DNA of 32,000 nucleotides from Candidatus Micrarchaeum sp. (GCF_016806735.1 NZ_CP060530.1:60001-92000), one strand, 5' to 3'. Shown: positions 9,104 through 17,781, counted from the first letter of the stretch. The notes: generated by a model from the sequence alone, not told the origin. Numbers and translations are program-made.

Positions 9104-9363
9104 TGGATTACAAAATAACCATCAGCATACCAAAACTTCACGACATAAAATATGCACAAAAATTGCGACAGCAGTATCATACATCAAGAAGCGATCTATC
9201 TGTAAGCGAGTCCGCAAAAAGGATAAGCGTAAAGGTAGAAGCTGAGGACATAGTAGCGCTCACCGCTGCATGCAACTCGGTGCTCAAGGAAATCAGGCTT
9301 GTCGACGACATCGCTTCAATAAGCGAGAATTCCGCAAAAAAGCAGAAAAGTAAAAATATATAA
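9100..9363 (+). CDS. Pcc1-like KEOPS subunit (putative)
   Basis: 87 aa. ISVKVEAEDIVALTAACNSVLKEIRLVDDI resembles the Pcc1 block L.I...A.D..ALRA..NS.LR.I. Its start overlaps the L15e stop (ATGA). Confidence 0.5.
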   Translation: MMDYKITISIPKLHDIKYAQKLRQQYHTSRSDLSVSESAKRISVKVEAEDIVALTAACNSVLKEIRLVDDIASISENSAKKQKSKNI

Positions 9364-9423
9364 ATATACACAATAAATATGAAAGCGCTTTAATCTTTGC
9401 GGCAATTCCTACGTCAAGTACTG

Positions 9424-9431
9424 AATTTTAA
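9424..9431 (+). promoter_or_regulatory. TATA-like element upstream of the L3 operon (possible leaderless transcript)
   Basis: AATTTTAA lies 19-26 nt upstream of the L3 ATG (9450). No Shine-Dalgarno-like sequence lies in between. Confidence 0.3.
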
Positions 9432-9449
9432 CGTTTACAAAGTGTTTAA

Positions 9450-10406
9450 ATGGCAGGCTCATTGCAGTATTGGCCCAGAAGGCGCGCGGGCAAGCGTCTA
9501 CCGCGCATCAGGAGCGCAGGCTCTATAAAAGAGGTATCGCTTTCGAATTTGCTTACGTACAAGGTAGGGATGACTACTCTGTCGATTATAGACGACAGCA
9601 ATTCGCCGGCGAAGGGACAGGAGGTCTCCAAGGCGTGCACGATCCTGGAGCTGCCGGCGATGGAGGTTTACGGCATAAGGCTATACTCAATTGATGAGGC
9701 CACGCGCTACAAGAAAGCGCATGTAGACATACTCAGCAAGGCCTCTTCGCAAAAGCTCGGCATCAAAAGCGTCAAAAACGACGAATCCAAGATTCCATCT
9801 GGAGAAAAGCTTGAAGGAATAACAGATGTCGCATTGCTTGTGGCTGCCGATCCGAAAACCACCGGAACAAATACAAACCACCGTGAGAGGTTTGAAGCGA
9901 AGATAACGGGCAAGGACATAAAGGAAAAGCTTGCATTTGCCACTTCCAAGCTCGGCAAGGAGCTCAGGGGCAATGAAATATTCAAAAACGGAGAATTTGT
10001 CGATGTAGTCAGCATATCCAAGGGCAAGGGATGGCAGGGCCCGATAAAGCGTTTCGGCGTATCGAGGATGTTCCACAAGGCGACGGGCAAAATAAGGCAC
10101 GTTGGAACTTTGGGCGCATTCACTCCGGGAAAGGTAATGTATACCGTGCCCATGGCAGGACAGATGGGCTTCAATTACAGGACGGAGCACAACAAGCGCA
10201 TACTAAAGCTTGGTACAAAGGAAGAAGCTTCCACAATAAACCCGAAATCAGGGTTCAAGAACTACGGCCTGGTCAAGAATGATTATGTCATAATAGAGGG
10301 CTCGGTCCCGGGACCGGCGAAGCGCATAGTAAGAATAAAGAAATCAGTGGAAAACAGGAATGCCAGGGGCATAAACGAAGCCAAAGTGAATTTCATAAAG
10401 GGATGA
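9450..10406 (+). CDS. rpl3: Ribosomal protein uL3
   Basis: 318 aa. MAGSLQYWPRRRA... and GKGWQGPIKRFG are archaeal L3 hallmarks. First gene of the L3-L4-L23-L2 block. Confidence 0.95.
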   Translation: MAGSLQYWPRRRAGKRLPRIRSAGSIKEVSLSNLLTYKVGMTTLSIIDDSNSPAKGQEVSKACTILELPAMEVYGIRLYSIDEATRYKKAHVDILSKASSQKLGIKSVKNDESKIPSGEKLEGITDVALLVAADPKTTGTNTNHRERFEAKITGKDIKEKLAFATSKLGKELRGNEIFKNGEFVDVVSISKGKGWQGPIKRFGVSRMFHKATGKIRHVGTLGAFTPGKVMYTVPMAGQMGFNYRTEHNKRILKLGTKEEASTINPKSGFKNYGLVKNDYVIIEGSVPGPAKRIVRIKKSVENRNARGINEAKVNFIKG

Positions 10407-10410
10407 TATT

Positions 10411-11202
10411 TTGCAGGAAATAGAAGTATTCAACATAGAAGGCAAGCCAGTATCGAAAATGCAGGCTCCAAAAGCGTTCGAGGCCGAGCCAAGAAAATGG
10501 CTGGTCGACAGGGCTGTTGCTGCTGAGACGTCGCTGAAGCTGCAGCCGCAGGGCCACTACGTCCTGGCAGGAATGCAGACTACCGCTGCTTATTTTGGAG
10601 CCATGGGTTCCTACAGGGCAGGAAGGCACGTTGGAAGGGCCATAAGACCGAGGGAAAAGCTCGGCGGAGGCTCGCTCGGAAGGGTAAGGCGCATACCTTC
10701 TTCGGTGTCGGGAAAGAGGGCGCACCCGCACATGGTAGAGAAAACGTTGGTCGAGAGGCTCAACAACAGGGAATACGTCAACGCCCTTAAAAGCGCTATA
10801 GCAATGGCCGTAAAATCCAATGCAGGAAAGCCCACCGTTTTCGACGGGATAGCAAAGATATCCAAAACCAAGGATTTCGTAAAGTTTCTTGAGACAAACA
10901 AGCTTTATTCTGTAATAGAATTCGCACGCGTCAAGACAATAAGGAGCGTAAGGAAGACGAGGAGCAAGCAGCAGCACAAAATGCTGGTTGTAACCTCTGA
11001 CGAAGAAGGCTCTTTCAAGGCCTCCCGCAACGTCAAAGGTGTAACTACCTGCACGCTTTCGGAGCTTCAGGTTAGCAGTGTGGCTCCAGGGGGCAACCCG
11101 GTCAAGACTGTGCTGTGGAGCGCCTCGGCTCTAAAAAACCTAGACGCAGCTGTCGAAAAAGCTGTATTGATAAAGAAAGGTGCAAAGAATGTCAGTGCTT
11201 AA
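10411..11202 (+). CDS. rpl4: Ribosomal protein uL4
   Basis: 263 aa. Placed by position between L3 and L23, plus archaeal L4-like sequence (GRHVGRAIRPREKLGGG, GKRAHP). TTG start. Confidence 0.9.
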   Translation: MQEIEVFNIEGKPVSKMQAPKAFEAEPRKWLVDRAVAAETSLKLQPQGHYVLAGMQTTAAYFGAMGSYRAGRHVGRAIRPREKLGGGSLGRVRRIPSSVSGKRAHPHMVEKTLVERLNNREYVNALKSAIAMAVKSNAGKPTVFDGIAKISKTKDFVKFLETNKLYSVIEFARVKTIRSVRKTRSKQQHKMLVVTSDEEGSFKASRNVKGVTTCTLSELQVSSVAPGGNPVKTVLWSASALKNLDAAVEKAVLIKKGAKNVSA

Positions 11203-11440
11203 ATATCCACTTGCTACTGAAAAGGCCGTAGGCCTAATAACCAAAGGAAATACAATAGTCTACGTGGTGGACTCGAGGGCCACAAAGGCCCAAATAAAGC
11301 AGGAATTTCAAGGCGTTTTCAACGCAAAGGTAAGCGACGTGCGCACCGTCAACATGCCCAACAACGTGAAGAGGGCATACATAAAGCTTTCGAAGGAAAG
11401 CAACGCGGGCGACATCGCAATGAAGCTTAAGCTGGTGTGA
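11180..11440 (+). CDS. rpl23: Ribosomal protein uL23
   Basis: 86 aa. LKYPLATEKAV... is the typical L23 N-terminus. It overlaps the L4 3' end. An alternative ATG is at 11189. Confidence 0.92.
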   Translation: MQRMSVLKYPLATEKAVGLITKGNTIVYVVDSRATKAQIKQEFQGVFNAKVSDVRTVNMPNNVKRAYIKLSKESNAGDIAMKLKLV

Positions 11441-11443
11441 TAT

Positions 11444-12157
11444 ATGGGAAAGAAACTCAGACAGCAGAGAAGGGGCAAGGGTTCCAACGTATACACCAAG
11501 CTGCCCAATACATTTGACATAAGCGTAGCCTATGAAAAGGCCCCTGACGTAAGCATGAGTGCAGAGGTAATAGACATATTCAACCATACTGGCCACAGCG
11601 CACCGCTTATGTGCGTTGTGTACGAGGACTTCAACAGAGGTTTCTACGTGGCACCAGAAGGCATAAAGATAGGAGACAAGATCTATATGGGCCCCGACGC
11701 CAAGCCCGTTCTCGGAAGCATAGTCAGGCTCGGTGACGTCCCAGAGGGAGTTCCCGTATACAACCTAGAGGTGCTTAAGGGCGATGGGGGCAAGCTTGTC
11801 AGAGCAGCCGGCTCGTTCGCCGTTATAATCGCGAAGTCCGAGCATAATGTTACACTCCAGCTGCCTTCAAAGCAGACAGTAACTCTGGACAGCGGCTGCA
11901 GGGCCCAGTTGGGCATGATAGCAGGCGCGGGAGTAAAGGATCAGCCAATAGTAAAGGCAGGCAAGAGCCATTACATGTATCACACTTTAAACAGGACGTG
12001 GCCGAGGAACCGTGGAGTAAAGATGAACCCGGTGGACCACCCGTTCGGAGGCAAGCAGCACCACAAGGGAAAGAGCAGCATGACATCAAGGAACGCACCT
12101 CCAGGAAGGAAGGTAGGCCACATAGCGGCGCGCCGCGTAGGCAGGAAAAAGAGGTAA
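11444..12157 (+). CDS. rpl2: Ribosomal protein uL2
   Basis: 237 aa. The C-terminal NPVDHPFGGKQHHKGK...GRK tail is diagnostic of L2. Confidence 0.95.
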   Translation: MGKKLRQQRRGKGSNVYTKLPNTFDISVAYEKAPDVSMSAEVIDIFNHTGHSAPLMCVVYEDFNRGFYVAPEGIKIGDKIYMGPDAKPVLGSIVRLGDVPEGVPVYNLEVLKGDGGKLVRAAGSFAVIIAKSEHNVTLQLPSKQTVTLDSGCRAQLGMIAGAGVKDQPIVKAGKSHYMYHTLNRTWPRNRGVKMNPVDHPFGGKQHHKGKSSMTSRNAPPGRKVGHIAARRVGRKKR

Positions 12158-12231
12158 ACCCCTAAAAGCAAAACAAAAGATGTGGTTTAAAAGCTTTGCT
12201 TACAAATAAAAATACACTAAATGGTGTTGAC

Positions 12232-12462
12232 ATGGCAGAAAAAATTTCGAGAGAAGCAATAAAGAGAGAGGAGGGATACCTGTATTATCTCGGAAAGGAC
12301 GGCTACGTATGGCAGAATCCGACTAGGTCGAACAAGTCCGGAAGGAAGGCCAAGGTAGGCAACGAAAAAATAGAAAGAGAGAAGGGCTTCCTTTACTTCG
12401 TGGACAGCAACGGCTATGTGTCAAGGGTAAAGCAGGCACGCGGAAGGAAGGCTGCAAAATAA
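12232..12462 (+). CDS. Small basic protein (76 aa) with an internal duplicated motif, function unknown
   Basis: ORF between L2 and S19. GGTG lies 5 nt upstream of ATG 12232 (the maximal ORF starts at TTG 12196). Two copies of I-x-R-E-x-G-[YF]-L-Y-[YF]-x(4)-G-Y-V are spaced 37 aa apart. The linker and tail are Lys/Arg-rich. Confidence 0.65.
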   Translation: MAEKISREAIKREEGYLYYLGKDGYVWQNPTRSNKSGRKAKVGNEKIEREKGFLYFVDSNGYVSRVKQARGRKAAK

Positions 12463-12493
12463 TAACATAGAAAAATAGATGAAGGTTTTTTAA

Positions 12494-12886
12494 ATGGTCG
12501 AAAGGATAGCATTCAAGGGCATGCTCCCTGCGGAAGCAGCTGGCATAGATGCCGCACAGTACTCGAAGCTGATAAAGTCAAGGCAGAGGCGCTGGCTCAA
12601 GAGGAACTCGCTTCAGCTGAGAGAGCTAAACGAGAAGATAGAGCATGCCAAGGCTTCGGGATCCACAAGCCCTATAAAGACTAGGACAAGGGAAGCCCTA
12701 ATAATGCCGTCCTGGGTCGGCCTTTCTTTTGATATTTATAACGGCAAGGAATACCAACACGTTGAGATTCAGCCAGCAATGCTTGGACACAGGCTCGGTG
12801 AATTCGTCTACTCGACAAGGCGCGTGCAGCACTCGGCACCTGGAATAAAGGCAACGCGCGGAAGCAAGTTCCTGTCGCAGAAATAA
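12494..12886 (+). CDS. rps19: Ribosomal protein uS19
   Basis: 130 aa. GLSFDIYNGKEYQHVEIQPAMLGHRLGEF is the S19 core. Confidence 0.93.
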   Translation: MVERIAFKGMLPAEAAGIDAAQYSKLIKSRQRRWLKRNSLQLRELNEKIEHAKASGSTSPIKTRTREALIMPSWVGLSFDIYNGKEYQHVEIQPAMLGHRLGEFVYSTRRVQHSAPGIKATRGSKFLSQK

Positions 12887-13537
12887 GTGATTTTTTTGAA
12901 CTATTCTTTCAACATGGAAAAGGGAAAGGTAATCTTCGCCGGCGCAAAGGACATAAACGCCAGCTTCAAGGACCTGGGAGCCATATGCGACTACGTGAGG
13001 TACAAGAACGCTGCGCAGGCTGCCGAGGCGCTTGAGAAGGTAATCAAGGCCTCTGCACCAGTGCCATACAGGAACCACAACAAGGGCATGGGCTCGAGGC
13101 ATGAGCTCGGAGGCCGCAAGGGCAGATATCCTGTAAAATGCGCTGCAGTGGTGAAGAAGGTTCTGGAAATGGCAATAAGCAACGCCAAGAGCAAGGGCAT
13201 AGAAACAGACAACCTTTTCGTAGTGCATGCGTCTGCAAACAAAACGCAGATATACAGGAGGACCCCATCAAAGGGAATGCTTTACCACAGTGACAGCTAC
13301 GGCTTTGCTGCGATGAGGCATTCTGATGTCGAATTTGCAAAGGTAGAAATAGGGATAGCAGCTCCGGAGGACGTAAAACTGGGAGAAAAGGCAACGAAGA
13401 TGCTGAACCTCAACAGCGCTTTGTCAAAGAAAGCTTCCAAGAAGCAAGCGCCAAAGACTGCGCCAAAGTCAAAGCCGGCGGCAAAGGAAAAACAGCAGCC
13501 CCAGCAGAAAGCCGAAGTAGCAGCACAAAAGGTATGA
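12887..13537 (+). CDS. rpl22: Ribosomal protein uL22 with Lys/Ala/Pro-rich C-terminal tail
   Basis: The GTG start abuts the S19 stop. LNYSFN...AGAKDINASFKDLGAICDYVRYKNAAQA matches the archaeal L22 N-terminus. The last ~50 aa (KKASKKQAPKTAPKSKPAAKEKQQPQQKAE) are an extra low-complexity tail. Confidence 0.9.
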   Translation: MIFLNYSFNMEKGKVIFAGAKDINASFKDLGAICDYVRYKNAAQAAEALEKVIKASAPVPYRNHNKGMGSRHELGGRKGRYPVKCAAVVKKVLEMAISNAKSKGIETDNLFVVHASANKTQIYRRTPSKGMLYHSDSYGFAAMRHSDVEFAKVEIGIAAPEDVKLGEKATKMLNLNSALSKKASKKQAPKTAPKSKPAAKEKQQPQQKAEVAAQKV

Positions 13538-13541
13538 TTTG

Positions 13542-14165
13542 ATGGCAATAGAAATGAAGTTTATAGACGACGCAATAATAAAGATGAATATCTCAAAGTT
13601 TCTGAGCAAGGAGCTGACAAAGGCAGGCTTCTCAAGGGTGGAGATACAGAAGACGCCAGTGCTTACAAGGATAACCGTTTACGTCCTGAACCCGGGAAGG
13701 GTCATAGGAAGGATGGGAAAGAGCATAAACGAGCTTACAGAATCGATACACAAGAACTTCAACGTCAACAACCCGCAGATAAGCGTGATAGAGGTGCAGA
13801 ACAAGATGCTTGAGCCCCTGCTTGTCGCAAAGGACATAACGTTCAAGCTTGAAAGGTCGATAAACCCAAGGAAGATAATGCAGTTCACGCTGAAGAGCAT
13901 AATGGAGAATGGAGCTCTTGGTGCTGAAATAATAATAAGGGGCAAGCTGGCTGCAAAGGGCGCAAGGGCAAAAACCGTAAGAAAGAGCGTCGGATACATA
14001 CCGAAGGCCGGCGACGTCACAAATCTTGTGCTTGTGGGCGATGCAACCGCATACCCTAAATACGGCGCCATAGGTGTAAGAGTAAGGATAGTGCCGCCAG
14101 GAACAGTATTTCCAGACAGGCAGGTTGGGAAGATAGAAATACCAAAATCCATACTCAACAGCTGA
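13542..14165 (+). CDS. rps3: Ribosomal protein uS3
   Basis: 207 aa. KH-domain N-terminus (FLSKELTKAGFSRVEIQKTPVLTRITVYV, GRMGKSINELT). Position after L22. TTG 13539 is the maximal start. Confidence 0.93.
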   Translation: MAIEMKFIDDAIIKMNISKFLSKELTKAGFSRVEIQKTPVLTRITVYVLNPGRVIGRMGKSINELTESIHKNFNVNNPQISVIEVQNKMLEPLLVAKDITFKLERSINPRKIMQFTLKSIMENGALGAEIIIRGKLAAKGARAKTVRKSVGYIPKAGDVTNLVLVGDATAYPKYGAIGVRVRIVPPGTVFPDRQVGKIEIPKSILNS

Positions 14166-14188
14166 ATTGTGAAGTTACGGTAGCTTAA

Positions 14189-17100
14189 ATGGACATATTG
14201 CTTGTGGGCATAATAACGTTTTTGACGCTTACGATACCCGGAGAGCTTTTCGCATTCGCCCTGCTAAAGAAGACAAAGCTCGGGCTTTTCGAGATCTCCG
14301 TAATCGGATTCATATTTGGACTCGTAGCGGTTCCCACTCTCACGTGGCTGGAATCCTACCTGATGAACTACATTCACTTCTTTGCTTTCTCCTTGGCTCT
14401 AGTCGAGGTAAACGCCCTTATCCTATCAATAGTGGGGATAATCCTGTGCCTATGGCAGGGAGTATTCAAGCTCAGCCTGTCCAATCCCATATCAAGGGGT
14501 AGAGAAGCGAAGGCAGAGGAAGCACAGATTGACAGCATGAAGCAGAGCGAAACCCTGGAGCTCTCGGAACTGAGGCATAAGCTTAGGTCCTTCGACGCTG
14601 CCAAATCCATAATAGAAAAGCACATAGAAGAGGAAAAGGTGCTTTCCGAAAGGCACACAAGAGAGCTCAACGCCATAAACCTGTCAGAGCAAGACCGCGA
14701 GCGCATAAACGCGCTTCAGTCTGACGAGAGAAACAGGCTAATAAAGGACCACGAGCAGGAGGAGCGTATTCTACTTGACAAGCTTTCCAACAACGCTGCG
14801 AAGAACGTAGCGGCGAAATCCGGAATGCAGATAAACAAGACCTATCTGGTCCTTGCGCTGCTTATGCTTCTGGTTTTCGGAACGCGCATGATGAGCGTCG
14901 GCATAACGCCGAAATTCTTCGAGTTTGACCCATATTTCGACATGCTTTCCGCAGAGTCGATACTTACGTTCGGTTATCAGATTTATCTTTCGCCCAGTGC
15001 CTGGCCTATAGTGCCTCAGGGCACGAGCATGAGGATACAGCCAGTGGTTCCTTATCTTGAAGCATACTGGTATGACCTCTCCAATGCCTTCGGCCCAAAA
15101 TACACAACGTTCTCCACAACACTGATGAGCTATGTCGGTGGAGTATACCCGCCGATAACGGCTGCACTGCTGGTTTTCTCCGTATTTATACTTCTTTATT
15201 ATGAATATGGCAACAAGATAGCACTCATAGGAGCAGCTCTAGCGTCTACGATGCCAGTGCTATATACTACATTCGTTTCCGGCGAGCAGCTTCTTGAGCC
15301 GTGGGGCATATTCACCCTTTTCTTCTTCTTCGCTGCGTATGCGCTAGCGATCAAGGATATGAAGAGCAAGCGCCTGGCGATACTTGCAGGGCTTGCATTC
15401 GTGACTACTTTCCTGGGAGCGCACTACTATACCGTAGATGCCGGTGTGCTTACAATTTATATAATAGTTCAGGGAGTTGTCAACGTGCTGCAGAACAAGA
15501 CAAGCAAGTACTTCTACCAGATGAACGCCATAGTCATAATAGTGATAGCCATATTCCTGGCCATGTACAACCCGTATCATGCAACTCTGTCTGGCAGAAT
15601 TCCCACAATTCTGCACATACCTATAACCGTCAGCGGCCCGCTTCTCGCGCTAGTAATGGTTGCCATAATAGAGTTTGTTCCTGGGATGCTGGCCAAGCGC
15701 CACCTGCTTTTCAAGGAAGTAAACATGAAAGCATATCTGGAATGGATACTGGTCATAATTATAATAGCGGGCTTGGTCATAGTTTTCACTCCCGCAGGCA
15801 AGCCGATAACCGCATATGTGAGCCTAAGCAAGAGGTTTACCACCCCATCAACCGCACTTTTCATGACGGTTGAAGAATTCATACCGACTGGTGCCATGTA
15901 CAACTTCGGCTCTTCGGGCTTCGGTTTCATAGGGGCCGACATAGCAGGAATACCATTGCTTATATGGATCATAAGCATAGTCGCTCTGGTGCTGATAGTA
16001 CTGAGCATATTCTACAAGAAAAGCAATACGTCAATACTTTATCTTTCTATAGCCACTCCTCTGATGTTCGCCGGTTTCTCCGAGGTAAAATATCTGCCGC
16101 ACTTCGGCACCGTCTACATACTGCTGTTCTGCATAATGCTCGGGGAAGGCATATACCTGTTCAGGAACGGGTTCAAGCTCAAATATGCCGAGGCCGCGAT
16201 AATAGGGGTACTCGTAGCTGTTGGAGCAATACTTATAATACTCGGCTCGTTCTACGGGATAATACTGGCCATAATACTTGGGATAGCAGGCGGTTTCGTT
16301 TATGAGATTGCCACAAATACAAGATACACCGACATGTTCGAGGCAAAGCCCGTAAAGAATGCAGAATTCTACATAACTGCAGCAATAAGCCTGGGAATAT
16401 TTTTCATATCCCCAATATTCGCCCTGATATTCATAATAGCCCTTATACTGATGCACAAGATGGAGGCGTACAAGAAGCAGCTATGGTACGTCTTTGGCAT
16501 ATTCCTAATAATATTCATAGTCGGCACACTGCTCAACGGCAGCTTGATGCTGGGAGAGATAAGCTCTGTAGTGTCTGCTCTGAGTTCCAGCGCAGTATAC
16601 TCTGCTAATCCCGCAACTGCCTGCAGCACTATAGCCGCTACGTCGAGCATAGGCTACGACCTCTTCTGCAACGTCGTACCAAGCTACTGGCTTTCCGCGA
16701 CTGCATGGATGCGTGCCAACGTTGGCCCCAATGCGCCACGTGTTCTTGCGTGGTGGGACTACGGCGACTGGATAAACTGGTTCGGGCACAGCAACGCAGT
16801 TATACGCGGAGACAACGCCGAGCCTACTGAAGACTACGCTGTGGCAGCCAGCTACGTATTGGGTCCAAAGGACAACTATACTCCTGCAGTATTGCGAAAT
16901 ATGATGAACACAAACCAGACGCGCTACATAATATTTGATCAGGGTCTGATACAAAAATGGCAAGCCCTAGACTTCCTCGCATGCGTGAACGTCAACGAGA
17001 CCTCGAGGGCATATGCAATAGCACAGGGTGCAGCCCAGAGCCCTCCTGTGCCTTACGTGCTTGGCACTTCGCCTTGTGAAATTAGCCACGATCCTGAATA

Positions 17101-17647
17101 TGCATTCCTGCCGCTTGCAGCTCTGGAGCCTCCAAATTCGACGACATCGCAGAACATAAACTACTACTGCTCAATATCCAACAGCACAAACCTTTACATA
17201 AAGGCGTACACCGCGATAGGAGATGCCCTGTCCAACACCACAGTGTGCGTAAGCACGTCGCCAACGAAGAACGGCGACATACAGCTTTACAGCAGCAACG
17301 GCACCAAGATTAACGCAATGATACCATTATCGTACGATCTGGGTGTAACGAACATAAACGGGATAGAATTCGTCCAGTATCTTGTAGTATATACTCCCAA
17401 CGGTCCAAACGATACAATAACCGACGCTCCGTCATCCTTCTACATATCCAACTTCTACAAGGGTTTCATGTTCGGCTCGCTGCCAGGGTTCAAGCAAGTA
17501 TATCCAAATACAACAACTACGCCTGGCGAGAACCTTGTAAACGGAACGTATCCTCTGAGGATACTGGAGATAACCAATTACACAGGAGGACTTCCTCCGG
17601 TCCCGCAAAAGCCCAGCTACGTCAACAACAATCTGACGATGCAGTGA
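14189..17647 (+). CDS. aglB: Archaeal oligosaccharyltransferase AglB (STT3 family) with extra N-terminal TM + coiled-coil module
   Basis: 1152 aa. WWDYG motif at aa 855-859 (nt 16751-16765). STT3 first-loop motif EFDPYFD at aa 245-251 (nt 14921-14941). There are more than 13 TM segments. The C-terminal ~290-aa soluble domain is rich in N-x-S/T sequons. Confidence 0.88.
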   Translation: MDILLVGIITFLTLTIPGELFAFALLKKTKLGLFEISVIGFIFGLVAVPTLTWLESYLMNYIHFFAFSLALVEVNALILSIVGIILCLWQGVFKLSLSNPISRGREAKAEEAQIDSMKQSETLELSELRHKLRSFDAAKSIIEKHIEEEKVLSERHTRELNAINLSEQDRERINALQSDERNRLIKDHEQEERILLDKLSNNAAKNVAAKSGMQINKTYLVLALLMLLVFGTRMMSVGITPKFFEFDPYFDMLSAESILTFGYQIYLSPSAWPIVPQGTSMRIQPVVPYLEAYWYDLSNAFGPKYTTFSTTLMSYVGGVYPPITAALLVFSVFILLYYEYGNKIALIGAALASTMPVLYTTFVSGEQLLEPWGIFTLFFFFAAYALAIKDMKSKRLAILAGLAFVTTFLGAHYYTVDAGVLTIYIIVQGVVNVLQNKTSKYFYQMNAIVIIVIAIFLAMYNPYHATLSGRIPTILHIPITVSGPLLALVMVAIIEFVPGMLAKRHLLFKEVNMKAYLEWILVIIIIAGLVIVFTPAGKPITAYVSLSKRFTTPSTALFMTVEEFIPTGAMYNFGSSGFGFIGADIAGIPLLIWIISIVALVLIVLSIFYKKSNTSILYLSIATPLMFAGFSEVKYLPHFGTVYILLFCIMLGEGIYLFRNGFKLKYAEAAIIGVLVAVGAILIILGSFYGIILAIILGIAGGFVYEIATNTRYTDMFEAKPVKNAEFYITAAISLGIFFISPIFALIFIIALILMHKMEAYKKQLWYVFGIFLIIFIVGTLLNGSLMLGEISSVVSALSSSAVYSANPATACSTIAATSSIGYDLFCNVVPSYWLSATAWMRANVGPNAPRVLAWWDYGDWINWFGHSNAVIRGDNAEPTEDYAVAASYVLGPKDNYTPAVLRNMMNTNQTRYIIFDQGLIQKWQALDFLACVNVNETSRAYAIAQGAAQSPPVPYVLGTSPCEISHDPEYAFLPLAALEPPNSTTSQNINYYCSISNSTNLYIKAYTAIGDALSNTTVCVSTSPTKNGDIQLYSSNGTKINAMIPLSYDLGVTNINGIEFVQYLVVYTPNGPNDTITDAPSSFYISNFYKGFMFGSLPGFKQVYPNTTTTPGENLVNGTYPLRILEITNYTGGLPPVPQKPSYVNNNLTMQ

Positions 17648-17706
17648 TGGGCCGGCGCAATTCAAAAGTAATAAATATGCTTTTCAACATAACTTTCTGC
17701 AGCAAT

Positions 17707-17781
17707 GGGCTTGTAGCTCAGCCTGGTCAGAGCGGCGGTCTTATAAGCCGTAGGTCGTGAGTTCAAATCTCACCAGGCCCA
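17707..17781 (+). tRNA. tRNA-Ile(TAT)
   Basis: GGGCTTG-TA-GCTC-AGCCTGGTCA-GAGC-G-GCGGT-CTTATAA-GCCGT-AGGTC-GTGAG-TTCAAAT-CTCAC-CAGGCCC-A. This is a clean cloverleaf with U33, anticodon TAT and A37. Confidence 0.88.

Noticed and set aside
9687-13548. Multiple 80-190-aa ORFs on the minus strand or in alternate frames within the ribosomal protein block (e.g. 9687-10190, 10393-10977, 12698-13228)
   Set aside because: All overlap highly conserved ribosomal protein genes. They have no motifs and their composition is Cys/His/Arg-rich or hydrophobic, consistent with antisense or off-frame translation.
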